Shown: positions 1 through 11,960 of the stretch, piece after piece
How positions within the stretch are numbered: the first letter of the stretch is position 1
Layout: each line of letters begins with the position of its first letter
From: Saprolegnia diclina VS20
Taxonomy: Eukaryota
Length of the DNA stretch: 28,486 nt
Direction of reading: 5' to 3'
Assembly (NCBI RefSeq): GCF_000281045.1
Contig: NW_008246075.1
Span: 638,970 to 667,455 of the forward strand
The notes under the pieces: model-generated
The model's input: only the letters and a program-made list of their open reading frames with translations
What the model was told of the DNA's origin: nothing
Database searches by the model: none
Made by a program: the position numbers and the translations under genes

Positions 1-306
1 GCAAGGGTCGGCGTTCCTTTGGTCGGCAAGCGCGAGGCATTGTATTAGCTCATTTATCCTAGAGATAGTCAAGCTTATGGCTTGTGGTACCACCTCTTGG
101 CAGAGCGCTATGCCATGGTGGTGCTCCAGCCAAATCGATGCCGCCACTTGCTCCCGCTCGTGTAGTGTGATGCCGTGTATTGCGGTATTGCTGCCAGTTG
201 TCGCTACATATCGAGCTGCCGTGGGCAACGAGAGGGCCGACTGAGCAACAAACAGTGTGCTCTGTAGTATGGTCGTGTTCATAGCACGCGGATTGCTGCT
301 TATTAT

Positions 307-1104
307 TTACTTGGTTTGGTTCTTGACGCCAAGGATGCGCTGGCGGATCTCGTCTTGGTTGCCCAAGTAGTAGCCGCTGAGGGGCGCAATCGCGTCCTTG
401 TGCGGAATCGGCTTCAAGTTGTCGTCCAAGTGGTAGATGAGCGGGATGCCAGTCGGGATGTTGAGGTCTGTGATCTCGTCCTTGGAAATGTTGTCGAGCT
501 CCATGACGAGCGCGCGCAAGCTGTTGCCGTGCGCCGCAATCACAACGTTCTTGCCCGCACGGATGCTCGGTTCGATCTCCTCGCGCCACGTGGGCATGAC
601 ACGCTCGGCCGTCATCTTGAGCGACTCGCTCAGCGGCAAGTCCTTCGTGTCCAAGCCGCTGTAGCGACGGTCGTGGCCCGGGTAGTACTCGTTGTCCGTC
701 GTGAGCTGCGGCGGCGGAATGTCGTAGCTGCGGCGCCACACAAGCACCTGCTCCTTCCCGTGTTTCTGGACTGTCTCGTTCTTGTCGAGGCCCGTGAGGA
801 GACCGTAGTGACGTTCGTTGAGGCGCCAGCGGTGCTCGACCGGGATGTACATCTGGTTGCTCTCTTCGAGCACATGCCACAAGGTGCGGATCGCGCGCTT
901 GAGGTACGACGTGTACGCGACGTCAAACGTCAGGTTGGCGTCCTTGATGAGCTGGCCCGCGGCCTTGGCCTCTTCGTGGCCCTTGGCACTGAGTGCCACG
1001 TCGTACCAGCCCGTGAACTTGTTGAGCTTGTTCCACTCACTCTCGCCGTGGCGGAGGAGCACGAGCGTGTGCTTGCTGCGGCGACCGGCGCGGACGAACT
1101 GCAT
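307..1104 (-). CDS. gpmA: 2,3-bisphosphoglycerate-dependent phosphoglycerate mutase (dPGM), intronless
   Basis: [12 protein letters not shown] phospho-His motif, [44 protein letters not shown]. First in-frame ATG at 1104 ([10 protein letters not shown]); stop TAA at 307-309. Confidence 0.96.
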   Translation of the reverse strand: MQFVRAGRRSKHTLVLLRHGESEWNKLNKFTGWYDVALSAKGHEEAKAAGQLIKDANLTFDVAYTSYLKRAIRTLWHVLEESNQMYIPVEHRWRLNERHYGLLTGLDKNETVQKHGKEQVLVWRRSYDIPPPQLTTDNEYYPGHDRRYSGLDTKDLPLSESLKMTAERVMPTWREEIEPSIRAGKNVVIAAHGNSLRALVMELDNISKDEITDLNIPTGIPLIYHLDDNLKPIPHKDAIAPLSGYYLGNQDEIRQRILGVKNQTK

Positions 1105-1649
1105 CGTGGCTTCGATCTTTCGTTTCCCAAAATGACCAGTCACTCCCATTCCTTGCCTGAGCTGCCGGTTAAATCCACTGTATCCGTACTGGATTCATCG
1201 CGCCGGTTGCGGGCCGGAGCAGACAGCGTCGGTCGGGCGGTCGTGGACGCGGTGCCATGACGCACGACGTGTCGATGTACCCAGAGCCTCTCACAAGAAC
1301 AAGCTCCTCGCGCTCGGATGCTGCACCACGTTGTCCGTTGCCCGTAGCCACAAGATCGTTCGGTTAGCGGCTTCAAGAATCCAGCGGGAGCCAATCACAG
1401 CACACGTTGACGAGCTCCTCTGTTGGTGGTACCATGACGACGAGGGCGATCAGCAGAAATTGTTGTCGTAGAAATGGCGTGCGGCGCCAACAAGTTGTTC
1501 CGTGCGCAGGTCAACGTACCAAACGAAGCAAGTCGGACGACCTCTACCGCAGCGAGGCGCAGTCGCGACCGCACAGGGCAGAGTCTCTTTTGCATATATT
1601 GAAGCACAAGTTACGTAGTCGATATCTTGGGGGATGCATAGCAGACCGT

Positions 1650-3488
1650 CTACGAGACGGACACGGGCAGCGCGCTGAGAACGGTGCGGCTGTAGCCCTT
1701 GACCTGCAGGTCGAGTTTTTCAAAAGCCTAAGCGCCGTTCGTGTCATGAATCGCAGACTGTGGTCTTTGTTTGCCTCGTCCATCTCCTGCATGCGGCGCT
1801 TGAACGCGCTTTCCTCGCGCGACGCCTACGAGTTGTAAGATACTATTACGTTCCTTCGATAGGCGAGAGCACGGTACGTGGCGCTTGAGTTCTTGCGTCG
1901 CGTGGCTCGTGGTTTGGGTGTTGTGCTCGATCGAGCAAATTGTCTCGAGAAGGTCTTTGAGCTCGGTCGTCGCCGACGCCAAGGCCTAGTCAACATGAAG
2001 CAGTGCGTTGGATACGAATTCTGTGTACGTTGTCGGCAGCCTGGAGCTTCGTCGAATGCTGCATTTTGTACTGCTCGAATTGAGTATTGCGCTGCAGCAC
2101 AAGCTTGTGCAAGCGCTACAAACATGGTGCGCGTTGGATCAAACTCGTCGGGCGATGCGCTCGTCAACGAACGGCGTGGTGGGCCACCGCTTGCTTGGTT
2201 TTGTGGAAAGTGTTTTCAATCTCGTGGTGCTGTGCCTTGATGTTTCTTTTTTCGTTGCGACAGCTCTGGCTCTCGACTTCGGTCTCGTGCATCAAATCCA
2301 CGGCCGCGTTGGTTTCCTACATATGTGCGTCCTGGCGTTCGTATGGACACGCAAGCACTAGTGACCTGGTCTGCACGGGCGAATGCCTCGTAGATACTGT
2401 CGAGCTCGGTTGAACGTGCTTCCAAGAGCGCCAGCTCTTCTTTGGCGGCGTCGACCTTGACGGATATGTCTCCAATGTCCTACATAAGCCCAGATAGATC
2501 ATTTGTGACGAATGGGCATCGGTGCTGTCTGGACGTACCGCTTTGAACCGAGCGGGAGAGTTGACGATTTTTGTCTCCAGCTTGTTCACAGTGGTCTTGG
2601 CCTCCGAAATATCGATGCGCAGCGACGCCTACAAGACGGACCACCGTTCATAAGCTGTGCTGCGACCTGAATGAGCCAAGGGTACGTAGTCATCGCGCAG
2701 GTGCCCACATTGGGCCTTGAGTCCAGTATTCTCGTGCCGTACGACAGCTTGGCGCTTGTTCAGCGTGTAGATCTCGACTTCAAGCGCCGAGGATTCATCC
2801 ATGGCATGTTGGAGCGCTTCCGCTTCCGCACTCTGCTCGCTTCTACGCCGTATCAAATCGTACGCGTGGTCGACATAGCTCGACGAACTGCAGATCTGCA
2901 AGCTGCCGTCGCAACGTAGCGTTCTCTTCTTCGGCGGCTTGACGCTCGGCTCGGATCCGGACCTATAACGTTCCTCGGGATCATGGAGAAGAGACAGGCG
3001 GCGCTTACAAGCTTGTCTTCGTTCTGACCGACTCGGGCCCAGCGCTCGTAGCGGAACCGAGTAAAGTTGATCAATGCGCTCAAGATGCGACGGTAGCGCT
3101 TCAGCGTCGGCTTGTACACGTCGTCCCATCGAAAGTCCCGCAAGCCCGCCGTCGCCAAGAGCCGGGAAATCGTCCGAAAGTAGGTGATCTCGCCCACGGA
3201 GCCGCTGTGGAGCTGGACCGTGAGCTCGCTAAGCCCGATCAGCGCTGGCTGGCTCATTTCGTCTCGACCGATGCCCATCGTGTTGCGGATGAACTCTTCG
3301 AGGATCTTGCGCAGCTATGGTCGCATGATTGACAGCGCAGGTCCGAGTCGTCGTACCGCGTCGGGCTGGCAGCTGCGAAGGTCGTCCTCCGCGAAGGCGA
3401 TGTTGAGGCTGCGAAGGCTCGCGACGATCTCATGCAGCTTGAGGATCGGGTACGAGTAGAGCTTCTTCCCCTGCTGCTCTGGGTCCAT
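1650..3488 (-). CDS. NUF2: Kinetochore protein Nuf2 (Ndc80 complex), multi-exon
   Basis: Starts MDPEQQGKKLYSYPILKLHEIVASL; next exon ...DFRWDDVYKPTLKRYRRILSALINFTRFR (Nuf2 CH-domain signature), then coiled-coil exon fragments. Last exon reads KLDLQVKGYSRTVLSALPVSVS* (TAG 1650-1652). Internal exon limits approximate. Confidence 0.88.
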
Positions 3489-4168
3489 GTTGCCGCTCGT
3501 TCGGATCTTCTTGATGTGAGAACCACCTTTGTGATTGGCTATAATCCGATTGTTTTCTTGATAGTGATTGGTTGAATGGAGTTGCCAAGGTCGTTGATCT
3601 TGATGAGCTTCGCGAACCTGGTCTGGCCAGCAACGTGCTGCGCTTCTCGCATGATGCTTTTATCCTCTTGCATCTTGCACGATGGACCCTACGATAAATT
3701 GACGCGCTATAGTACATTGAGGGGTCTAGTCACCATTCACTGCACACAAATACATGTATGCACTCCAAGCGATACGTACATTGTCCTTCCCTTTAGCCTT
3801 TAGTCCTCCTGCTGATCCGGTGTTGTATCAACAATATGCGAATTCATTGACTCGTCGCTGGCACTGATAGGGCGCTTGCTCTCATCATTACTACGAGCAT
3901 TGGACTGATAGATGGTTCATCGACAAAAATGGACACGAGCGGCGCCCGACCGTTCTTGCACGTCACGACAATGAGAGAGAACACACTCTGACAAGCGATT
4001 ACATCGAGTTCGAAGGCGCTTCGATGACGCTTCTTTTGCGCCGTCGCAAAAGCAAGTGGCCTGGCTGCCACCCTGTTTCTCCAAAGCCGGCTAAATTTTA
4101 GATCTCACGCCGGATGCTGTGATTGGCTACTGGCTCATGTCCCACATCAATGCCATTGGCGGAAGGCG

Positions 4169-4182
4169 TCATTTGATCATTC
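4169..4182 (+). promoter_or_regulatory. Oomycete INR+FPR core promoter element of the kinase-like gene
   Basis: TCATTTGATCATTC fits the TCAYTYBNNNWTTY consensus and lies directly before ATG 4183. Confidence 0.5.
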
Positions 4183-5206
4183 ATGGGGCTCCGCCATTCT
4201 GCGCCGTGCTGGTCCGACGCTGCCGAGCCCGACGTCGAGAAGGACATCGACACGGACGTGCTGCCACTGTCGCCACTGTATGCGTCGGATGGCTCGATCG
4301 ACTGCGCCAAGCTTCAGATGCTCGAGACCATCGGCCACGACGCCCATGGCCGCGTCGATCGTGCGCTCTACAAGAGCAAACCCGTGACTGTCCGAACCAT
4401 CAACAACGTGCCTCGCCCAACGTATCTCGCAAGCATGCGCAAGGCCTATAGGTACCATCAGCGCTGACGCAGCGTCGCTCATGATTGCTAATCGTAGCTT
4501 GCGGTCGCCCTACACTGTCGCCGTTCATGGCATCATTGATGCCAACCCGGATCGACCAAAGATTGTGACTGAGTGCGTCGATGGCTACCGCCTCTCACAG
4601 TACCTCGCGTACCGAAGCGCCGGCCGGCCAACAGGCTTGAATCCGTCGACGCTCGACATTGCGCTGGCGGTCGCGATGGGTCTGGACATGATCCACGAGC
4701 ACGGGCTCGTGCACGGCCAGCTCCACCCCAACAAGATCTATGTGACCTCGAACGAAGAGATCAAGCTGTCTGACTTTGGTGGCTCCTTGTACCACGAAGA
4801 CCCAACGTTTAGTCGCATGTACTTTGAGGGCGAGCCGTACTACTGGGCGCCAGAGCTCTACGAAGACTACCGCAACGAGACCCCAGCCGCCGACATGTAT
4901 GCGTTTGGCGTTATCTTGTGCTACTTGGACACAGGTGTCCCACCGTTCGGCCCGGACGATAGGTGTCGCAATAGTCTGCTGATGGACATTGTCGATAATG
5001 CTTTGCGCCCGGCGCTGCGCCCCGACTGCCCTGATTGGTACCGCAGCCTCGCCCACCAGTGCATGGCCAAGGAACCGGCCGATCGGCCGAGTGCCGCCGA
5101 CGTGGTAGACCTACTTATTCGACACAACGGCGACGTTGCTTTTCTCGACGACGGGCTCTTCCAGCCGTACTACGCACCGTACCCATGGCTTCGAAAATCC
5201 CGCTAA
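4183..5206 (+). CDS. TKL-like protein kinase-fold protein, probable pseudokinase; one intron ~4452-4497
   Basis: Joining ORFs 4183 and 4481 through GT(4452)..AG(4497) keeps the frame. Has DFG, YWAPE, ADMYAFGVIL, LRP..DCP..CMAKEPADRPSA. The catalytic loop reads HGQLHPNK and beta3 reads VTVRT. Confidence 0.88.
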
Positions 5207-6244
5207 TTTACGCTAATTTACCGCCATTTCGTCCTTTATCACACATTTGTTTGCGAATAGACGACAATAGGTGTACACGCGACATTGTGGTATCGTTGGG
5301 GGACCGACCGAAAGCACTAGCGCGAATCGTCTTCCCTATTCTGGCGAGCTAGGTGATTCCTATCGGTGCATCACGTCCGAAGCCTTTGTGCATGCCAGTA
5401 CCGGTACTGCAGCGCAGAGCTTCTCACCCACAGTGTCATCCAAGAGACCAAAGAGGACGCTCGAGTGCAGGGCAAAGTTGTCTGGTGACAAGTTGATGCT
5501 GATGTACGACAATATGTGCAGCGCAATCAACAATTGCTGACGTTGAACTGGCTGCGATCCGAGCTTCCATGCAGCGCAGGCGAGAAGCTTCTTGCCCAAG
5601 GAGCTGTTCTGTTCGCATGTTCGTCCGACGACAAGAAACCCGTTTTGCTGGACCTACCATACACTGGGCTCTTGGCATCGAGTACTGGTCGTTTGGCTAC
5701 TCGTAGGCACTAAACGCCACTCGCTAGTAATCGCTTCAAACACTGCAACACACACTCGTGCCGTCGATGATGGGCCGGGAAGCGCTCCAGTTGCGATCTC
5801 GGGCGATAAACTTGAAGCTTCCTACCTCGTACGTGGTTGATTACATTTCAACTCGTGCGTTTCGAGTGATAGTTCATGGTTGCACCATCGACGCTCTGGG
5901 AAAGGTTCCCTGGAAGACCAAGCGCCGCCTGTACCTTGCCAACACTGCCTTTCCGATACCGCGAACTCCGCCGTTGGCTTTAAAATCGAAGCGCCCCTCT
6001 CGCACGCGTCGTCGTGGGTAGGGCTAGGGCAACTTACGTTGTGCACCTTCAACGTTCGGTGAAATAAGATTGCAAAATAAGACGGGCGCCGCGTCGGCGT
6101 TGCGCGGGAGCCCATAACGGGGCCATCATGGGTCACGGTGGCTCGTTTATCGCTGCCATCACAATGCGTATGCTCCTTCCCCTCCTTCCACAACAACATT
6201 GCACATTGTGGCTCGGAGAGGTATCTTACTTCTAGACCTCAAAC

Positions 6245-6925
6245 ATGCGCACGATTGACCTTGACCCACCGTCCAGCGTACTCTGCACTAGCACGTACAC
6301 GCTTCACGTGCACGATACGGCCGCGTCGTGGTCCATTGACCGTGCCTTTAGCGACTTTGTCGTCCTCCGCACTTGCTTGCTCCAGCTACTGGATGCTCAG
6401 GACGCGCTTGTCAGCATGCACTTGCGCGCCCTGCGCTTCCCCCGAAAACTCTTTCACCGCTGGCCGCGCCAATGGCCCAAGCTCTTGGCGTTTGTCCGTG
6501 CCGCCAACGCTCTCTGTGGCCATGTCCCTGCGGCCGTTGCAGCCCTCGACGATTTTCTTGGCGCCGACTTTATCTGCGCGCCGGCACCCAAGGCCGCAGC
6601 AGCGACGCTGGTCCTCGCACGCTCGAGGCTTCTATCGCTCTCGGAGCTCTACGCCTCGTCGTCGGACGATGAGGAAATCGACGACATTGCATTTGAGCTC
6701 GGGCTCTGGGGCTTGACGGCGGCGGATGTGTGCTTGGTGCTCGACGTATTGTTGCGGACGATCGCCAAGGCGCGACTGGGCATTCCAGGCGCCTACTTGA
6801 TGGCTGGCGGTGCGTTTGAACTGGATGCGGTAGCGTTTGCCCGCCATGTATTGTCGCTCACGGACGTGGCTGCCGTGCAGGCGCTCCTTGCGGTGCGTCC
6901 GTGCCTCTTCTGTTCGTTAAAATGA
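6245..6925 (+). CDS. Hypothetical protein with N-terminal PX (Phox)-like domain
   Basis: ATG-initiated 226-aa ORF with coding-like GC3. TYTLHV...WSIDRAFSDFVVLR...LRFPRKLF resembles the PX R-Y/F-S-D/E-F and FP-x-K motifs; acidic SSSDDEEIDD patch. Confidence 0.65.
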   Translation: MRTIDLDPPSSVLCTSTYTLHVHDTAASWSIDRAFSDFVVLRTCLLQLLDAQDALVSMHLRALRFPRKLFHRWPRQWPKLLAFVRAANALCGHVPAAVAALDDFLGADFICAPAPKAAAATLVLARSRLLSLSELYASSSDDEEIDDIAFELGLWGLTAADVCLVLDVLLRTIAKARLGIPGAYLMAGGAFELDAVAFARHVLSLTDVAAVQALLAVRPCLFCSLK

Positions 6926-7179
6926 GCTGCGATGGTGTGTAGGACGGTGTGCCCGACTGCCTCGTACGGCTTGCGCACCGGGTGTGGTACTTTGACTCGT
7001 AGTTAGCAAAACACCAAGACACGATAAAATGGCCACAAAGTATTATCGTACACTGGGCAAATAAATGAGACAGGACCAACGACTAAACCTACAAAAAGAA
7101 TCGACTTCCTATAAACAACGACAGCAGCGCAATACAAAACTACTAAAAACTAAATAGTACGGGAGAGAAGCACGGGACG

Positions 7180-7683
7180 CTAGACGCGCAGGATACCGTC
7201 GTCGGTGCATTCGTCGGTGGCCATGGCGAGCGCATGGTAGTGCTCGAGGAGGTACGGGATCATGACGTCGGGCATGTAGTCGTCTGGCAGCGGCGGCAGT
7301 GCAAAGAGCGGAGCTGGTTTTGAGTTGGCTGCCGCCGAACCTTTCTTTGGCTGGAGCACGCCCTTGACCTTGAAGGCCGAGATGCGCTCGCGACGGTGGA
7401 AGCCCGCGTCCTTCTTCTTCTGGTCTAGCCGGCGCTGGTTCTCGTTGGCCTTGGACCGGTGGTACGTGCACATCTTGTGGAGCGACCCGTTGGGCTTGAT
7501 GTGGCGGGCATTGTTGCACTTGCCAGTGCGATAGAGGCACGTCTTGTTCACCTTGGGCTTTGGCGCCGCGTCGTAGGCGCGGGCCGTGTAGAAGCACCGG
7601 GATGGCGACGCGGACGAGGACGAAGACGAAGCGATAGACGTGTCGTCGTCACCGTAGCTGTCAGCGCGGACCTTGATGGGCAT
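7180..7683 (-). CDS. Small protein with C-x6-C-x15-C-x2-H motif plus basic helix (uncharacterised oomycete-type domain)
   Basis: MPIKVRADSY... CLYRTGKCNNARHIKPNGSLHKMCTYHRSKANENQRRLDQKKK; strong GC3 bias; INR+FPR about 40 bp upstream supports ATG 7683. Confidence 0.8.
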   Translation of the reverse strand: MPIKVRADSYGDDDTSIASSSSSSASPSRCFYTARAYDAAPKPKVNKTCLYRTGKCNNARHIKPNGSLHKMCTYHRSKANENQRRLDQKKKDAGFHRRERISAFKVKGVLQPKKGSAAANSKPAPLFALPPLPDDYMPDVMIPYLLEHYHALAMATDECTDDGILRV

Positions 7684-7720
7684 TGTCGTACGGATGCGGA
7701 TGATGATGGTAGGACTCGGG

Positions 7721-7734
7721 AAATGCAAAAGTGA
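7721..7734 (-). promoter_or_regulatory. Oomycete INR+FPR core promoter element
   Basis: Minus strand TCACTTTTGCATTT matches TCAYTYBNNNWTTY, 38 bp upstream of ATG 7683. Confidence 0.6.
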
Positions 7735-9195
7735 AATATCGGATCTCGGGCTGAAACACCCGGATATGGAAATGCGACTCGGCAGCTTTCGAAAGCCGTG
7801 CACAGCCTCATGGGAAACTCGCAAGATACCGTCGCAACACTTGCTTCTAGAAGGAATCTCCCGCTATTCATTTCTTGAAGTGCAGTTGCCACGCAGTAGG
7901 ACACGTCCGTCGTGACGCCGTTGTACCACTGCTGGTCGTGCTTGCAATCTTCGAGCATCCCAGCAAAGCGAGCGACATACAGTCGGGTGCATGCGTGCCT
8001 CACGGAAACGTCAGCGTCGTCGCTCTGGACGGCGCGAAGCACAAGCGATGCACCCGACGAAGTCGTGGAGGTTGGTCGATCGATCGTCCGAAAAGGATTC
8101 TTCTACTAGTCGTATTTCGTACGGGTTTGCATTTTGTCATCGGCCTCTAAGCCGCTATCAGCTCGCATCGCGGCGTGCAAGCACACATGATAGCGACTAC
8201 TGGCCCCATCGTGCGACCGCAACCAGAAGCGAGCATAACACACCTGACGACGATGGACGCAAAGACGGACAGCAGCAGCGTGCACATGTGCCGCCTGTCC
8301 ACGCGCGGTAGTCGACTCCTGGGAGATACGCGGGTGGTGCTTGCATAGAGGGACTTGCCCGCTCGTTGCTTGCGATTGGCTTGCGTTTAGTTGCACAACT
8401 TCAACGAAATCCTGTACGTGCACAGAAGGCAATACGCGCCGAGGAAATTTTGCTAGATTCTGCGACCCATATTTAATTCTTTTTATTAATTCGAACGCAC
8501 CTCGTTTGCACTAGTCTATGGTACGGGTCATCATCATTGCAGGAACGATCGACACGACCGCTGGAAAATCGAAGCGGTATCTCTGAACTACAGTTGAAAA
8601 GCGAGTGCAACCCAAGCGGTGTATCCTTCAAGAAACACCGAGGAGTAGCAGGAATACTAGTAGTATGCTCAGGCGGTACGCCTCCTGCTTCAGAAGTGCG
8701 CGAGATACCAGCGCCAGATCCACTGCCCACTTCGTTCCATGGACCAGTAGGTGGCAAGTCGGAATGCGATCGATCCATCACAATTCAGCCACCTGTGACG
8801 AAAGATGAAAAAGTACTCGGCGCCTGAAACGGCCAGCCGCCGGACGTTGGTTGTCTCGGCGAGGAGGAGCACCACGTTGGGTCCGTGTGTTGAAGTTCCA
8901 GATGCCACGACGTCATCGCCGACCGCTGATCTGGCGTACGATGGACGTACCACCTACGCAGGCCGAGCGCAACAACCGGAATTCATAACCTCACGCTTGC
9001 CTTCAAGCCTGGCTGTTTCTGCCCGCCCCGTGGGATGCAGCTCTGGCACCACTCGGACGAGGCAGTGCAATCCTACTATTACGTTAGTGCGTTCGATTGC
9101 ACTGGAGAAAAAGCTTCATTTCAACGGCGCAAAAAGACGGCCTCATTGGCTCCGAAAATAACCAAGTAGGTGGAACTTCGAACCGCGGACGCAGC

Positions 9196-11482
9196 ATGGC
9201 CAAGCGGCCCCCCAAGGCCGAGGCGCTGACCTACTGTCGTCAGCTGCGTCCGATCGTAACACCTCGACATGCAATCTCCGCCGAGTTGACTCCTGGCGCA
9301 ACACGGGCGAAGAAGCTGGGCCCGGCGTGGGACCAAGAACATACATCCTCCCATGATGCCAGGCGTGCGATGGGCAGCGTGCGTGCGTCGCCCGTCGACG
9401 CTGTCCTCGAGTCCGTCTTCCCGGACCAGAAGTATCTCTTCCGGTACCGTTCGCTTACGCAAGCAAGGTCGCCTCCTGTTCGCCTCACGCCGCTCTCGTC
9501 CCGCCGCGCTCGCTTTCTGACGAATTACTGCCCCGTGGAGCAAGTCCCACTTCAAGAGCCTTGCGACGTCACTGACATTCGACTGCTTCTCAACCCGGAC
9601 CTTGCTGGCCTCTTTGATCAGGAGCAGCTCCTTCGCGTGCTCGACATGTCCATCGACGAGGTATTTACTCTCGACCAAGCGTGCGGTGCTGCTTCAAAGA
9701 GCGTTGTGGCGTACGTCTCGACGTGCTTTAGCCGACTCGTGGCCACAGCCGCGGGTACGCCAGTATGGAACGTATCAGGGTTGCTCACACCCGCCGATGA
9801 GCGCACTTACTTGCAGCTGCTCCAAACTCACACCACGACACCGTCTACCGTCTACGACGCTATCTTGAGCCTTGTCGTCTTTCGGACCACATGCGCCAGT
9901 GTGTGGCGCCACGACAGGCCGGGTCCAACAAGCCAATCAAAAGCGGCTGTTGCAATGGCCATGGCACTTTTCGAAGCTGTACGCGCTGCCACGTCATATT
10001 CTGCTGAGACACGCGTGTAGGCGCACGAAGCTGTGACGCCACGCGAACCGCGACAGGCTCACGCTGCCCAAGGAACATTGGTACGATCGTGATCTCGATG
10101 ATTTCACGTGATGGATTCGGATCCTGCGAAGGCATCGATCCAGCGGTTGCATACCCCGAGGTGCTTGAAAGCCTGGCCCACCGCTGCGCCGGCAAACAAC
10201 TTTCAAAAGGAGCTCCATCGCCGCCGCAAGCTTCAAGCACAACTCGATCGCGCTGGTAGTTATTGCATGGATAGTTGCACAGCACCACGGCCATTGCGCG
10301 CGTAGTGTGTCATGCCCAAGAGTGGGCGCGCGACCAGTGCTCTGTCCACGCACTCATGGTGGCGACCGCACAGCGTATTCCGTTTGCGGCCCGACGATTC
10401 CAGGTTGCCCTCTCCATCCGTGACCTCGTTTCAATTTGACACGACAAGACGATATTTTTGCGTCTGCGCTTTCGGCTGCTCTACGATCGATTTCACCGGT
10501 GGCAGGTCCAAGCGCGCTGGGTACAGGTTCAAGACCGCATTCGTCGCTTCTTTATAACGTACGTTTAGCATTGCAACTTATGACTTCAAACCATTGCGAC
10601 CATAGAAAAGCCTCGCACAAAATAGCTCTCTTGCTCCGAACGCATGTGCGCAATCGTGTCATTTACTACCTCGTTCAGTGGCGCGATCGCTCGGCGCACG
10701 AACGATCCGTTGAAGTGCTTGCCGCGCAAGTGACGCTTCAAGCATGGCTGCGCAGTCTCTACGTGCGATGTGCGCTGGCGCGGCACCGTCGGCACGAAGC
10801 TGTGCTATACATCCAACGGGTGTGGCGCAATCACTGCGCTCGTCGATTCGCCGTGCGCAAAGCTCGGTACCACAAATATCTCGCGGCGGCGCGGAAAGTC
10901 CAGCGCTTCTTCCGCGCATGGCTCTTCCGAACGCGTGATGCCCGGTATCAGAGACGCAACAAGTCGGCGCGACTAGTGACGCGCTGCATTCGAACGGCTG
11001 GTGCGCGGCGAACGGCCGGCGACCTTCGCATGGAGAAGCACCGACGCGAGTTTGCTGCGGTGCGACTGCAGTGCTGGTGTCGCCAGCGCCTTGCCAAGGC
11101 GGCTCTTGAATTGCGCCGACACTATGTGCACAACCACGCCGCACGGACGCTTCAGAAACTCTTCAAGTGGACGTCGCTTATCTGTGTCATGATGCGGCGC
11201 TCGAAGCGTCGAACGGAGCGACTGCACGCAGCAGCGCTCGTCGTACAGCAAGCATATCGGGCCAAGCGCGCACGAGCACGACTCTGGACGCTTCGCGACG
11301 AAATCGAAGCACTCTGTCGTCGAACGGCGCTCCGAGAGATGTGGGAGCGAGCGTCTGCCACGGCCATTCAGGAATGGTGGCGTCGACGAAAGCGGGTGTG
11401 GGTCCGCGCTGCAGCGGTGCGCCTGCAAGCGTGGTGGCGCCGGCACTTGCTACAGAGGATAGCTCGATCCGGGCAAATATAG
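9196..11482 (+). CDS. Multi-exon IQ calmodulin-binding motif protein
   Basis: ATG 9196 (MAKRPPKAE), long first exon to ~9978, short GT-AG introns ~9979-10440. Last exon has about eight IQ-like repeats (LQAWLRS, IQRVWRN, VQRFFRA, LQCWCRQ, LQKLFKW, VQQAYRA, IQEWWRR, LQAWWRR). Joining the 5' and 3' parts into one gene is inferred. Confidence 0.7.
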
Positions 11483-11592
11483 TTGCTGTGTCACCTTGTC
11501 CTTGGTAGTAGCACTACGAACTGAGTCCCGACGTCGCTACGATGGTAAATATGTCTGTTGATTCAACGTTAACGGTAGAGTTGCTGTGTTGA

Positions 11593-11960
11593 AGCTGCCC
11601 GTTCTCAGTCCACAAGCCGACCATCCGTGCTCTCTGGCCGATCCTGCGCGCTTGCGTTTGGTACAGTCTTCGGCTAGAACGCAACAACCGCGTGTTTCGC
11701 ACGACATTGACGCCCCTTCCCGCTGCTGCGCTCGCGATCAAAGCCGCTACTATCACGCGACTGCATATCCGACACTTGGCTCGCCGCGCCGTGGTGCCTT
11801 CGCTTGCCGAGTCGCTCCACGCCCTACGCGCCGACCCTTGGTGTGCTCGCTACCTCATTCCCAACTCAATCCCGAGCCCCGACCATGCGCCCTCAGCTTG
11901 ACGTACCGGCCAAACCTCACGAGCGCACTAGGAAGTCCACCATCTTCACTATATAGTTGC
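11593..11960 (+). mobile_element. 5'-truncated relic of a non-LTR (L1/Tx1-like) retrotransposon: ORF2 C-terminus plus 3' end
   Basis: ATG-less open frame 11593-11901 reads TIRALWPILRACVWYSLRLERNNRVFRTT...LRADPWCARYLIP*. It matches the W-x-(I/L)W-x-ERN-x-R-(I/V)F motif found downstream of the zinc knuckle in L1/Tx1 ORF2. Confidence 0.65.

Noticed and set aside
59..1260. Long overlapping ORFs 316-1260 (+) and 59-880 (-)
   Set aside because: Antisense and alternate-frame shadows of the high-GC3 PGAM gene; no motifs of their own.
5271..6021. Chain of short + strand ORFs that might be a decayed or spliced gene
   Set aside because: No recognisable domain or consistent splice path found.
8106..9000. 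Several ~90-110 aa ORFs between the C3H gene and the IQ gene
   Set aside because: No coding bias or motifs; treated as intergenic.
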